Shown here: positions 52,102-64,000 of the stretch, one piece after another
Numbering within the stretch: the first letter of the stretch is position 1
Layout: each line of letters opens with the position of its first letter
Position numbers and translations under genes: made by a program
Origin: Balanoglossus misakiensis
Lineage: Eukaryota > Animalia > Hemichordata
Direction of reading: 5' to 3'
Assembly: GCA_040954595.2 (NCBI GenBank)
Contig: CM082577.2
Coordinates: forward strand, 18,512,303-18,576,302
Length of the DNA: 64,000 nt
The notes under the pieces: generated by a model
Database searches by the model: none
What the model was told of the DNA's origin: nothing
The model's input: only the letters and a program-made list of their open reading frames with translations

Positions 52102-52284
52102 TTTATTTTATTTTCATCCAAATCAAGTCACAACAAACTCTCATTGTAACTTTTATACTGATGTGTATCACTAGCTACTTCATTTAATTCCGACAACAAT
52201 TAAATGAAGTTGTAGTGATACACATGAGTATAAAAGTTACAAGGAGAGTTTGTTGTGACTTGATTTGGATGAAAATAAAATAAA
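52102..52284. repeat. Near-perfect hairpin with ~87-bp arms and an 8-nt loop
   Basis: tttattttattttcatccaaatcaagtcacaacaaactc...gagtttgttgtgacttgatttggatgaaaataaaataaa. Confidence 0.9.
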
Positions 52285-52885
52285 GGTAATCATGTTCAAA
52301 TAATACACTACAGGCAATGAATGTATTTGAATTTTAAAGTTGTTTTTATTATCCAATATCACATTAATAACACATGCAATATAAATACAATCAATACTGT
52401 TACAATAAGACAAACCTCACAAGAATCACAATACTATAAAATCAAAATTGGATAAAATTATTGATGTCTCTTGTTTTGGTTTTCCGAAGCAAGTTATCCT
52501 GGTGACCATATGCTCTCTGAAAAAAAATAGAAAGAAAAGAAAGAAAATCATTGATCCCATCATGAAAGTTTTGTTTCGGCATGCCTTAATAATTAAACCA
52601 CATCACACCACACATCAACAGAGCTCTGTCTGTTTAACACAAGTTTGACCGAAAGACAGAACCCGATGCCAAAATTATCATAGGGTCTCTGAGTGTGAAA
52701 TGAATACAGAGTCGCATCAGCCCCGGGTGAAGAGTTCACACGAGAAATTAAACATTATTCCGATTATTCCTAATTCCATCTTAAAACGCACCTAGGTACA
52801 TATTTCCATTATTAACTGTTGTCATTACTCTGTTTTCGCGACATTGATTCCAGAATCTGTGGATATTTCTACACTCAAAAAAACA

Positions 52886-55800
52886 TTAAAGCTGCAAGCA
52901 GCATTGAAGGGGCCCAAGCATAGAGTTAATAACCATTAGACTCCATTCAGGGTTGTACCATTCAAATACGTAGGCTGTATTTGCTCTGGATGTGGAGATA
53001 TGGGGAAGTAGGCAACCACCCGAAATGGATGTCTTACAAGTACAAACACAACAACCAAAGGTGAACTTCTACGTTGTACTTCAGTAAGTATACTTCAAAG
53101 GTCAGCTGAGGGTACCCAAAAATTGGGCCAAAAATGAGGATTCTTATTTGGTTCATATTCAAGACAACGGAAAATCCTCGCTATTTAGGTTTGTCAAATT
53201 AGATATGGCCATAATAATGAGTTACGCGAGTAAGTTACAGGTGGCCCCAGGAATTTAGCATTTCATGACGCAGAGGGTCCTACCCTGCCTACCCCTCCAA
53301 ACACCTGGCTATATATGATGTGCATGCTAACATATGGAAAGCAGGTCAATGGACACCTGAGGTCACCCAAAAATTTGACAAAAAATTGTCATTCCTGTTT
53401 ATGTCATGTACAACAAATCCTACATTTGCAGCCCTTTCACTTTGCCTACCATTAGGTATGCACGTAATACATGAATCAAGCAGGTGTCGCAGGTATCCCC
53501 CTGTATTTGGCATTTCATGATAGTTTCATCCCTCCAAATACCAAAGCTGCACCTGTACAACGGGCTGAGATATGGCACTGTATGACAGAGGTCATCCAAA
53601 TCAACTTATACATTTGGGCAAAAACAAACTGACACTTACATTCGTCCCTGTGGAACAAAAACCACACCTATTGCCCTGTTGGTTAGTGTCCAATTAAATG
53701 TGCAAAATCAATGACTTAGGCAGGTGCAACAGGTGACCCCCGCCTTTGGTATATCATTATGGTTCCTTCCGTATATGCCCCCCCCCTCCCCACGCCAAAG
53801 CTGCATGCATCTGCTGTGGATGCTCACTAAGCAAAAGTAGGTGAAATGTCACATAAGGTCGCCCATAACTTGACAGGAAAATCGGACTTCATATTGATCC
53901 ATGTGCAACAAATACCACACTAGCATCCCTTTCATTGACCCCACAATTACGCATGCACATAATTGAGTTACGCAGGTGTCACAGGTGACCCCCGAATCGG
54001 GCGTATTATTTTGGTCCCATACAGCTGCATGAAGCTGCGTGCCATTACGGGCGACCTGATAACCCCCACGGCCACCTGCGGGCCAACCCCCATACTGAAC
54101 GTTCAGTTGCAACGTCACGACTGAAGTAGGAACTTTTGAACGGCAACGAAGCCTGATCTCTGATTAGGGCACAAGCCAAGCAGGCTTGTGCCCTATTGGT
54201 ATTACTGGGGTTTTTCATCCTCTTCTTTTTCTTGTGTAGTTTTTTTGCCCAATAGGATCTTGAAAACGGCTGAACCTACAAATCTCAAACTTGGCACAGT
54301 GATGCAGGCCTATGAGAGCTGGTGCAGTACCCTCGTGAATGTTTAATAAGTCATGTGACCTGATGACCATATATGGGCAAAGTTTTCAAATGGGCCTAAT
54401 TTGCATATGAATGGAGATATCAAAATTCTTTTAGCAACTTTTGCGGACCATGTGGTCAGTGTCCTACATGCCAAATGTCAAGGCCGTGGGCCAAGTCTAT
54501 TTTGAGAAGAAGATTATTAAATATTATTTGTCATATTTGTGGACCCAGCCATAGGCCTATACTTTCTATAGTTAAGCTATGACGCTATGTCCACGTCTGT
54601 GCAATTGTCCTGTACAGTGACAGTCTAGTGGCCCGTGAGCTGAATGGGACCAAAATAAAAGACAAAATTTTGGGCTCACCTGTAACACCTGCTTAACTCA
54701 TTAATTATGTGCATACCTAATTCCGGGCTAACTATTAGGACTAGAGGTTTTGTTCTTGTGGGACATGGACCAGTATGGGATCAAAAATTTTTGCCCAAAT
54801 TTTGGGTGACCTCAGGTGACCTTTGACCTACTTTCCTATATCTCGGCATCCACATCAGGTACAGACTTGGCGTTTGGAGGGTTGTGACTAAAATTGAAAA
54901 GACAAAATTGGGGGTCACCTGTGACACCTGCTTATCTCATTAATTATGTGCATACCTAATTCCAGGCTAACCAATAGGGCTAGAGGTCTGATTTTTGTTG
55001 AACATGGACCAGTATGGGGTTAAAATTTCTTGCCCAATTTTGGGTGACCTCAGGTGACCTTTGACCTACTTTACCGTATCTCGGCAACCCATGCAGATAC
55101 CGCCTTGGCATTTGGAGGCATGGAACTCCTAATGGAGCCTTATACTTTACCTCATTAATTATGTGCATATCTAATTCTAGGCGAACCAATAGGGCTAGAG
55201 GTCTGGTTTTTGTTGGACCTGGACTAGTATGGGGTCATAAATTTTTGCCCAAATTTTGGGTGACCACATATGACCTTTGACCTTCGGCTTAAGCTTGTGC
55301 CCGTCATCGCTGCTTGCAGCTATATTTATTGCTGGTACCATACTCCCTTCGTGCAAGAAAATCACTGGTCTGCTGACGTATTTCGGTTACATTAGCGACT
55401 GAGGGTCAAAGTCCGCTGCCGCATTACATTGAATGTTAACCAGTGTAGCCGGGTCTGCGTAGACACATTTGAACGGCAACAGCTAACAAACTCAGCGTAA
55501 TTCAATAAAACGCCCTAACACAGCCTGAACTCCGATAATGTGCTGTCCCAAAATTCATTCCGTGGAAAATAATCACTGGTCTGTTTACGTATTTCAGCCG
55601 ATTTTCCAAGGACTACTGCAACCCGCCAGAAGTGAGTAGCCTGCTAATGAGATCTCCACAACATTACGTAATGACGGTCAAAGTCCGATGCCCCAGTGTC
55701 CGTCCTCAGCCCACAAAAAAATGCGAAAAATATTACAAAAATCTTCTTCTCAAGATCGACGTGGCCTAGGACCTTGAAATTTGGCACAGGGGATTTTGGC

Positions 55801-56093
55801 CACATGGTGTACAAAAATCGCGAAAAGAATGTACATGCCCCCATTAACGTGCAAATTAGGTCAATTTGAAAATTTCGTTCTATTATAGCCACAAAGTCAC
55901 GTGACTAATTACAAATTCAAAGGGCAGGTGCACCAGTACTCATGGGCCCCAACCACCGTGCCAAATTTGGAAGGCGCACCTGCCGGAATTTCAGAGAAAA
56001 ATGGGCGCAAAAAAACGACTCAAGAAGAAAATAGAAAAACTCCAGCAATAACAGAAGGGGACCAAGCGCCTGAGGGCGCTTGGTCCCCTAATT
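52886..56093 (-). mobile_element. Helentron-associated non-autonomous element (HINE/DINE-like)
   Basis: 5' palindromic subTIR ggggaccaagcg..cgcttggtcccc at ~56057-56088. 3' subTIR plus gctgcttgcagc hairpin (reverse complement) at 52886-52920. Confidence 0.65.
54163..55326 (+). mobile_element. HINE/DINE-like element nested in opposite orientation
   Basis: attagggcacaagc..gcttgtgccc 5' end, gcttgtgccc..gctgcttgcagctatattt 3' end, and internal ~240-bp repeats. Confidence 0.7.
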
Positions 56094-57090
56094 ACACGAT
56101 CGCGATTAACGTCGTGAGCGCCTCCGGCCCGCCCGGACATGTTTCAAACTCAAAGTCAAAGCGCGTGCGGAAGTAATGTTGATAAATGTTGTCGTTTTTT
56201 GCGAAAACAATGTTCAAAACACCAGTTTTCTGAGAGGCACTTGCCAACTATTTTAACACCAAGTACACACGGACACAACATTGTCAGAAATTACCCACCT
56301 CTGAAATAGTTGTAGCCGTACAGCCCGTACGTACATCGACCAGGCAAAATCCATCGCGTGAGTCCCAGAGTTTACGTTGCATCTCATGACGTCACATGAC
56401 CTTTGCCCATAGATCCTCGTTCATAACGTATGTTTATTTTGAGGAAGAAGTCGGCAAACTGCAACTTTTCATCAACTAATCAGGGCAGGTGTATGGTTTT
56501 GATACAAATAACGTCTGTCACGTGCTCAAATTGCAAAATGACCTGTCAAACTAAGCTGCTGACCGATGACATGCGTGCAGCACCGGACGTCGCGCGATTA
56601 GGTCAAAACTGGCTGTCGATAGGCGTACAATAAGGTTTGATAAAGGTTCATAACAAAGCTTCGTCGAAGCTTTCTGTTAACCAAGATTTTAAAAAGCTTT
56701 GACAGTAACCTTGGTCCAAGGTTTAGCGCAAACCTTGTCTTGTGCTTCGGCACGAAGCTTTGCCAAATCTTTATTGAAAATAAGCTTAGCCAAACCTTTA
56801 TTGCAAACCTTCACACAAGCTTTGAGGACACCCAAGCTTGGCCCAAGGTATGGCACAATCGCGTGTGTAGTGGATTTCTATGCAAGTCATTTATTCAGTG
56901 TTTCGATCATTGTAAAGCGACCAATATTTCAGTTAGATAGTTCTCTAGTAATTATAACAATAAAATAGCAATACCGTTGACTGCTAACGATTTGTGCGAT
57001 ATCTGTTCTTGTTGTTGACCTTGAATGAACTCCGTCCGGGTAGTGTTGACTTGTGTTGTGAATAACCAAATCAAACTCCGGGTTACATTA

Positions 57091-58169
57091 GGGACTGTCC
57101 AGAATTTACTTCCAGGGTGGGGCTGGAGGATTTCTTATTTTCCTGGTGATTTTTTTCCATGGCCCCCCCTTGTAAATTGTGGAGGAAATCTGTGGCCCCC
57201 CCGTAAATTTCCTGTTTTTTTTCCATGACCCCCCCCCCCCCCAATATATACATGCATGCTTACCGGTACAGACTACCACACATACAGTCTGAAAAGGCTG
57301 CATTTACAAACACCTCTGGAAGGGGGGGGGGAGAATTAATTTTTTTTTACCGTTAATTTCCACATGCCCCCCGTACACAACCCGAAATATTTTCAAATCC
57401 CCCCCTTCCGAACAGCTTAAAATTTTGAAATCCCACCCCCCATTTTCTTTCACACAGCAAAACACATCACCTATCTATCTTGTAAAAAAAGAAAAACAGC
57501 GCTCCCATGAAAAGAATGTGAAACTGATGTTTTTCCTCATCAGTGGATATTAAAACTGAACATTGTTTATATTTGTTAAGTATTTGTATTCTGTGTTGGC
57601 AGATATTGTAAACCGAGAAGTGAAGGGGGTGGGTTTGGGAGGGGGTGTCCCCCTCCCCTGTAAGAAAATTTTATAAAATACAGAGCTCAAAGCTGCATTT
57701 TAATGAACCCAAAAGCAAATTAACTTTTTATATACATATATGAATGATTGATGAGAAAATTAACGAATTCTAGTCTGGACTTGAATTGAGCTCGTCGACA
57801 GTAACAACACTGACTGTTCACTGTACATTTATGGTCTGTGCTGGCAGGCCAAATACTGGGCATTTTATTATGCTTCACAGAGTAGAACAAGAAACTGTAG
57901 TAGATATACAAAATAACCCACCGTAAAAATTACCGGAAATTCAAGCTTATGAAGATTTAATGCACTGTCATCCAGGTAGCCATGGTGGTTTGTTTCTTAT
58001 AAATCAGTACTTCTGGGCAAATATTGAGTTTGTGAGAGTTTTTTACATGGCCCCCCCTAAAGGATTGTGATTTTTATGTCTGACCCCCCCTAATTTTTCT
58101 TGGGGAAAATGGGTGGCCCCCCCTGAAAATCCTCCAGCCCCCCCCTGGAAGTAAATTCTGGACAGTCCC
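57091..58169. mobile_element. PIF/Harbinger-type MITE with TTA TSD
   Basis: TTA|gggactgtccagaatttacttccaggg...ccctggaagtaaattctggacagtccc|TTA. Confidence 0.9.
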
Positions 58170-58420
58170 TTAATAAAAAGCGCAAACAACACAGGACCTA
58201 GGACACTTCCTTTGGGGATTCCACTGAATATATCTAACCATTATAACGTTGTCTTCTGTTATTCAGGAAAGCTTCGATCCAGTTTTTGATTTTACCCTGT
58301 ATCTTGTAGTGATTTAGTTTCTGTAGGAGGCGCTGATGTGAACCCTTGTCAAACGCTTTCATGAAATCCATGTAAATTATGTCTATATATGTACCACAAT
58401 GTCCCCGACTATCATATAGC
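58170..58420 (-). pseudogene. CR1-type RT fragment, upstream half
   Basis: DIIYMDFMKAFDK..H.RLL.KL..WIEAFLNNRRQR..SGIPKGSVLGP. Confidence 0.88.
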
Positions 58421-59097
58421 CAATGTTCACATTGAGGCATAATAATTTTCATGCAAAAATCTACCCCCCCCCCCCCCTGGAAATCCTCCACCCCTGGAAG
58501 TATTTTCTAAACAATCCCTAGCAGACAGTGGCCTAAATACACGCCACTTCATATGCATCACTCAAAGGATGAATGAAACGGGTCATCCGCGAACGAGGCT
58601 GTAAGGCGTGGCTTCCAGACCAGTATGCAAAATCGATCAGATACAAATGGCGTCTCGGTAATGAGGACACATCGTGTACAGACGTCGTTGACTTAGCCTG
58701 ATTTTTTCTTATATTTACCGTAAAGGACGGTTTTGGTGTGATAGTCATGTCAGACACTATTTATTAGCGCTATGTCTGTATTCGCCTCATCGACGATAGC
58801 AACACCACTTTCCGCTCGCACGTGCTCGTTCGACTACAGTCTCGTATTTTCCGGAGAGCAAGGCCGACCTTGTAACATGGCAGGCGAAGATGTAGCAAAA
58901 CTATTGGCATTTCTCTGGATACGTGTACTCTGGGCACCGTACTCCTCACGGGATCTGATTCACTCAGATCAGTACACGTCCTCTGGTGTTAATGCCACAA
59001 CAGTTTTGGAGGGCATAGCTGGGGTGAAATGACAGTTTATTATCAGTCAGTACACAGTCTGACAATATCGGCCTAATTGGGCTGTGTGCATCGTATG

Positions 59098-59169
59098 CAC
59101 AGGGGGCTCTCCCTTCGCGATTTGATTGTTTGTTTGTTTGATAAAATCGCGGAAGGAGAGCCCCCTGTG
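59098..59169. repeat. GC-rich hairpin or micro-MITE
   Basis: cacagggggctctcccttcgcgattt..(ttgt)n..aaatcgcggaaggagagccccctgtg. Confidence 0.7.
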
Positions 59170-59689
59170 TGTACATGAGTTCTTTTATAAGCTTAGGTCC
59201 CATGTACCATGGTATTAAGATTTTTATTTAAGCATTAACATTGAATTTTGTTTAGAAAACTGACAAATAAAGAATTGTCTCATAGTTATTTTCACAGCAA
59301 AATTCTGGCCACCTTACTGTTGGCTTGACTTTACCTTACCTCCATTATATTGTTCAGGGGTCAAATCTAAACACATGGTGAAATGAACCCGCTTGAGTGT
59401 TTATAGTTAGAGCCCTAAACAGAGGTGCTAAAAGAAGTTGGTGGACTTACTAGTAAATTGTTGTATAGAGAATAAAGAGAATTAAAACAACACATGGGTA
59501 TCCAAAAGTAAGCAAGCAGGAGGAAGCTATAAATACATGGAGAAGCCACACAATGACATCCACATCATTTAGCATTCATGTTGAGAAAACAATTCTAAAT
59601 CTCAAATAAGTCTTATCTGCCTTGTTTCCAAAACTGTATGTAATAATAGTATCACAAATGTATGACAGTAAGAGTCCAGGAAATAAACA

Positions 59690-60250
59690 TTTTCTGACAC
59701 ATTCTTTTAAACAAGTTGATAATTCTGCAGAATGTATTACTTGATAATTCTGCAGAATGTATTACTGGCGTTCTGGAAGGTTAAGAAATATTTTCTGACA
59801 CATTCTTTTAAACAAGTTGATAAATCTGCAGAATGTATTACTTTGATAATTCTGCAGAATGTATTACTGGCGTTCTGGAAGGTTAAGAAATATTTTCTGA
59901 CACATTCTTTTAAACAAGTTGATAATTCTGCAGAATGTATTACTTGATAATTCTGCAGAATGTATTACTGGCGTTTTGGAAGGTTAAGAAATATGTTCTG
60001 ACATTTTCTTTTAAACAAGTTGATAAATCTGCAGAATGTATTACTTGATAATTCTGCAGAATGTATTACTGGCGTTCTGGAAGGTTAAGAAATATTTTCT
60101 GACACATTCTTTTAAACAAGTTGATAATTCTGCAGAATGTATTGATAATTCTGCAGAATGTATTACTGGCGTTCTGGAAGGTTAAGAAATATGTTCTGAC
60201 ATATTCTTTTAAACAAGTTGATAAATCTGCAGAATGTATTACTTGATAAT
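59690..60250 (+). repeat. Tandem repeat of a ~101-bp unit containing a doubled ~25-bp subunit
   Basis: ttttctgacacattcttttaaacaag(ttgataattctgcagaatgtattac)x2 tggcgttctggaaggttaagaaata, about 5 copies. Confidence 0.9.
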
Positions 60251-60299
60251 GTGGAAATGTGGTAGGTACCAACCGGGTGCGATTTCCTCTATCTCATTG

Positions 60300-63185
60300 T
60301 CAACTTTTTGGAAATACCCCTTCTCGATGTTGGCATCCATCACAGCCGCATAACGTGTCGCTATTAAAGCTTGGTTTCTTTGACAAGGTTTTCTCCAGGC
60401 TCAGTAGTCTGTTTTCCGCTGCTAGTCGGTTGTCAGGCAAATCTGGACGTTTGTCTCTCCAGGGGATGCCGACTTCATAACGATTACCAACCCGCCTTAG
60501 AGACTTCGAAGTTCTGTCAACAGCCAGTCGCTCGTCGGGTGTAAGAACATCTCCTCGTTTGGTTTCCCAAGTATCTGAGTTCCACATTGTACGTAGTGCT
60601 TCATCCAGACCGATGTCTTGACTGGACAGCGTGTGAAACGAGTTAACATGGGTCGAATAGTTCTGGACTCCTGGTGCACTATATATGCCTGTACAGGTCC
60701 ATCCAAGGGGGGTTCTACGAGCAACAGGTTCTCCTGGTTGTCCAATACGTTCCTCCAAGGAGAGGGTCAGCTCTGGGTGGTCTGATCCGATAAGTATATC
60801 TACTGTCTTTCTGCCTGCAGGGGGTTTCGGGAAAGCTATGCCTTTCAAATGTGTCCATTCCCTACCGTACCTCCTCCAGTTTGGAACAGTAAGATTCTCA
60901 CACATGGTGTCTAGTGTTCGGGCACCTATACGTTGTCTAACGTTACCGTCCAGACTTTCGATAGTAACTGCAACGAGTCCACTGTCGACTTTGATACTCT
61001 GGTTTACCAATGTCGATACTGTCAAATCAGTGTCCTCTACTTGCAAGTTCAAGGCGGTAGCGATGTCTGATCGAATATACGTGGAATCTGATCCATCATC
61101 CAGGAAAGCGTTCACTTTCTTCTTGTTGCCATCCTTGTCGATGATAAATACAGGAACTAATCGAAGGGAAACTCTTGTTGGGGTAACTTTCCCATCTTTC
61201 GAAATTCCAAATGCATTGTTGGCGTTGTCAGACACAGCCTCGTTCTGTACTTCTGGCTTGTGGAGGTGTCTATGATGTGTCCTGACGCATCCATCGAGTT
61301 CACACTTGGAAACTTCGGTACAATTCCTCCCCCGATGTCCAACTTTCAGACAGCGATAACACAATCCTTTCTTTTTAGCTATTTTCCAACGCTCATCAAC
61401 TGAGATCGAATTCCACTGTTGGCACTTCGTGATATGGTGCGCTACTTTACACAGCGGGCAACTCAGCTTCGTAGTCGAGCATGATGTCAGACTTTTGCTG
61501 GGATTGGTAGGGCTGACTTGAGACATCTTGGGTTTGGTCTCTGTAGCATGTATACTGCTTCTTTGTGACCTTTTCGTGTGACTGGATGACTTGATCGACT
61601 CTGCATACGACTTTCTGGTCTTGTCTTTTATCTCTGCCAGTTCTAATCGGAAGCAGACTTGTCGGTTCAGCCAGTCGACGAAGGCAGACAGACCATCTTC
61701 TTTTTGTTTTGGACGGCTGTCATAATACTGCAATACTAATGAGTTCGGAATCTTCTGAAGGACGAGAGTATAAAGGGTGGACGGTCCCTTTAACTCTGAC
61801 TCGCGACCAGAGTCCGCCATTTTGGCTACCATATCACACAGGCGATTGGATATGTCTTCTAATCCCTTCAGGTCATCTTCGTTCACAGCATGTTGCATAA
61901 TCAATGCATCTAGTTGTCGTTGAAATTGTCGTTTTTCACCACCATAGCGTTGATCCAACTTTTTCAAGGCCATCTGGTATTGGTGATCGTTGTACCCGAG
62001 TCTGCTTACGAATTGCAGTGCTCGGCCACTCAGCAAGTTCTTTAACATGACCATTTTGAAGCGGACTGGTACTGGGGATTGGTTTACAAATATCTCGAAT
62101 TGTTCACGCCAGTCTTGGAATTGTTCTTTGTCACCATCAAATTTCGGCAAAGACGGCTTGGCAATTCCCTGGGAGAACTTGCGCACATTATCCGAGTCTT
62201 CCTTCAACATTTCATAATGTGAAGAATCGTATTTCACTTTCGGTGTGCTGAAAAGTGACTCAAGGTGTCTTGCTATGGGGGACTCTAATGCAGCAGGGTT
62301 ACCATGGCTACTGGGTTTCGCCCTGTTCTGTGGTGTCTCCTCGGTGCTCACCTTGTTCACGTCTGATGTCAGCATCGTATTCGGATTGTTATTCTGATTG
62401 TTGAAACCGCTCCACAATTCAGCTTCTAGGCCTGCTCTATCTGCTTCATTTTGTTGTTTCTGTAATCGTAGTTTATGTTCTTCTTCTTTCAGGCGACATT
62501 CCTCTTTGTACAGTTCTTTTTCTTGTTGAACACGTAAGGATGCCACCTCAGCTTGTATTCTTGCTTCCGCCGCTTTTAAAGACGCTTGGGAGGAAAGGCT
62601 GTCGTTTTCACTACTTTCGTCCTCTTGTTTTTCTGCTGGTTTGACTATGGGCGTTGAATGATGTTGCAGTATCAATTGTTCGGTTTGTTTCTTTTCTGTG
62701 ACGCCTGTGAATACTTTTGACAGGTCGTCAGGTGGCTTTGAAGATACAATTATCGACGGTGCCTCACCTTCTCTGGCGAACAGATGTTCTGTGATTTGAT
62801 CTGTGCAGTCTTCAAATTGTGCTCTCGTGACAGTCAAACACTGGGTAATCTCGAACATGTTCTCATCAGGACGATCTGATTTTTCTGCAACGCGTAGCAT
62901 TTCACTGGAAAGTCTATTCAGGTCTGCCAATGTTTGCTGTAATCGTGCATCAATTTTCTTCAATGTAGTACGACTGCCATTGTCTTTAATCAGATTATTG
63001 GCTTTATCACAATTGCGGCTAATATCTCTGATGATCAAGCCTCGTTCTCTCATGTATCTACCAGTCTGTGTTTCGAATTTCTCACCGTCCTCAGTGTTGT
63101 CGCCCATGTAGTAATCTGCGAGGTAAGCTGGTACATGCCTCAAACGATCTGAGCGCCGTATCGTTGTAACCTGGGAGTCAGCCAT
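60300..63185 (-). CDS. BEL/Pao gag-protease (BEL-3), truncated before RT
   Basis: LPKFDGDKEQF, CPLCKVAH, CYRCLKVGH, AFLDDGSD, ILIGSD, RTPLGW, RYEVGIPW..LPDNR. Probable start MADSQ at 63186. Confidence 0.9.
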   Translation of the reverse strand: MADSQVTTIRRSDRLRHVPAYLADYYMGDNTEDGEKFETQTGRYMRERGLIIRDISRNCDKANNLIKDNGSRTTLKKIDARLQQTLADLNRLSSEMLRVAEKSDRPDENMFEITQCLTVTRAQFEDCTDQITEHLFAREGEAPSIIVSSKPPDDLSKVFTGVTEKKQTEQLILQHHSTPIVKPAEKQEDESSENDSLSSQASLKAAEARIQAEVASLRVQQEKELYKEECRLKEEEHKLRLQKQQNEADRAGLEAELWSGFNNQNNNPNTMLTSDVNKVSTEETPQNRAKPSSHGNPAALESPIARHLESLFSTPKVKYDSSHYEMLKEDSDNVRKFSQGIAKPSLPKFDGDKEQFQDWREQFEIFVNQSPVPVRFKMVMLKNLLSGRALQFVSRLGYNDHQYQMALKKLDQRYGGEKRQFQRQLDALIMQHAVNEDDLKGLEDISNRLCDMVAKMADSGRESELKGPSTLYTLVLQKIPNSLVLQYYDSRPKQKEDGLSAFVDWLNRQVCFRLELAEIKDKTRKSYAESIKSSSHTKRSQRSSIHATETKPKMSQVSPTNPSKSLTSCSTTKLSCPLCKVAHHITKCQQWNSISVDERWKIAKKKGLCYRCLKVGHRGRNCTEVSKCELDGCVRTHHRHLHKPEVQNEAVSDNANNAFGISKDGKVTPTRVSLRLVPVFIIDKDGNKKKVNAFLDDGSDSTYIRSDIATALNLQVEDTDLTVSTLVNQSIKVDSGLVAVTIESLDGNVRQRIGARTLDTMCENLTVPNWRRYGREWTHLKGIAFPKPPAGRKTVDILIGSDHPELTLSLEERIGQPGEPVARRTPLGWTCTGIYSAPGVQNYSTHVNSFHTLSSQDIGLDEALRTMWNSDTWETKRGDVLTPDERLAVDRTSKSLRRVGNRYEVGIPWRDKRPDLPDNRLAAENRLLSLEKTLSKKPSFNSDTLCGCDGCQHREGVFPKS

Positions 63186-63746
63186 GTTTACTATTTTCGA
63201 ATTATTAATCAGTGGTACGATCACACACAACAACAGCAACAGTTCGATCTATAGTTCTTGTATCTCGATGTACGATGCTCGATGGTTCTCTTCCATCCGG
63301 CTCGAAGGACCAGTTTTTGTGTTGATACGAACGGACGATGCGAAGTTTATTTATTTGTAAAGGACTGTATTTAATAAACCAACACAAAAGGCCGAAATCT
63401 AATTCCAATCGATAACTTCAAAGTTCAAATGTCTGTTGTGTGTGATCTCGAAAGTCCACTGATTATCAGAGTTCAAACAGTTCGCGTTTCATTCTCGTGG
63501 AAAACACTGGAAACTGTTCGCTATGGTCGATGAATGTCAATAGCAATGCATGGGTTACCGTCAGGTCTGTATTACGAGCTCAGGACGAGGTCAGTTCTGT
63601 GATCCAACTCCGAAATTCCTCAACAGATCTATCGAAATACTACATCGAAATCTTGCCAACTCGAACCGGAACGTTGACATCTATATTTGGGCCGATCAAC
63701 AACGGCAAAAAACGGTAAAACGATCGATAAACTAAACTACTAAAAA

Positions 63747-64000
63747 TTAAAGCTGCAAGCAGCATTGTCCGGGCCCAAGCTCTATTATCTGATCTGCACA
63801 TAATTAATGAGTAGAAACATAATGCTGTGTTTTATCCCATGACATATCAAGGTTATATCTATGTTTGGTGCTGATATTGTGTTAAGTAGGTCAAAGGTCA
63901 TCTGAGGTCACCCAAATTTTGGGCAGAAAATTTTGACCCATAGTGGTGCATGTCCAACAAAAACCAGACCTCTAGCCCTTTTGGTTAGCCCGGAATTAGG
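63747..64000 (-). mobile_element. 3' end of a HINE/DINE-like element (runs off the window)
   Basis: ttaaagctgcaagcagcattg..gggcccaagc, as at 52886; the body is reverse-similar to the 54700-55280 repeats. Confidence 0.65.

Larger units (their letters stand above)
51791..56867. mobile_element. Non-autonomous EnSpm/CACTA-like element with 2-bp TSD
   Basis: TA|cacacgcgattgtgc...gcacaatcgcgtgtg|TA, with aagctt/aacctt-rich subterminal repeats at both ends. Confidence 0.85.
40553..57087 (+). mobile_element. Full-length Ty3/Gypsy LTR retrotransposon with PNMA-like gag
   Basis: 752-bp LTRs TGTAACCCGG...CCGGGTTACA, TSD TTAA, PBS, PPT (ggaggggaa at ~51246-51254), gag-PR-RT-RH-INT order. Confidence 0.97.
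51257..57087 (+). repeat. Gypsy 3' LTR, split at 51790/56868
   Basis: The two halves rejoin to match the 5' LTR (ggacTAgtgg). Confidence 0.93.

Noticed and set aside
59690-60250. CRISPR-like palindromic repeats
   Set aside because: The intervening sequences are themselves repeated, so this is a plain tandem repeat.

Overview
Eukaryotic DNA, most likely a marine invertebrate (inferred from the transposon families), made almost entirely of deeply nested transposable elements. I recognise no intact conventional host gene. The main structure is a large inverted duplication. The ~5.7-kb left arm (981-6727) is mirrored across a ~520-bp spacer by a right arm (7247-40417) that later insertions expanded to ~33 kb. 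Those insertions include a full-length BEL/Pao LTR element, a LINE, and a second BEL element. The second BEL element holds a ~171-bp satellite, a Gmr1-type Gypsy, Academ-type ends and a Kolobok/THAP element. Inside the first Kolobok intron sits an apparently intact two-exon, 703-codon gene (SAM-like N-terminus, HECT E3 ubiquitin ligase C-terminus). It is bounded on one side by an IS3EU-type transposon end and lies next to a stray exon resembling the host gene ecdysoneless (ECD). Positions 40553-57087 hold a young PNMA-gag Gypsy with a tRNA-Pro primer site and a -1 frameshift pseudoknot. It is inserted in a CR1 RT fragment and carries three DNA-transposon insertions, with a fourth in its target-site duplication. 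The window ends with a tandem repeat, a third BEL gag-protease and a Helentron-type end. Superfamily calls rest on motif and terminus recognition by eye, not on database searches.
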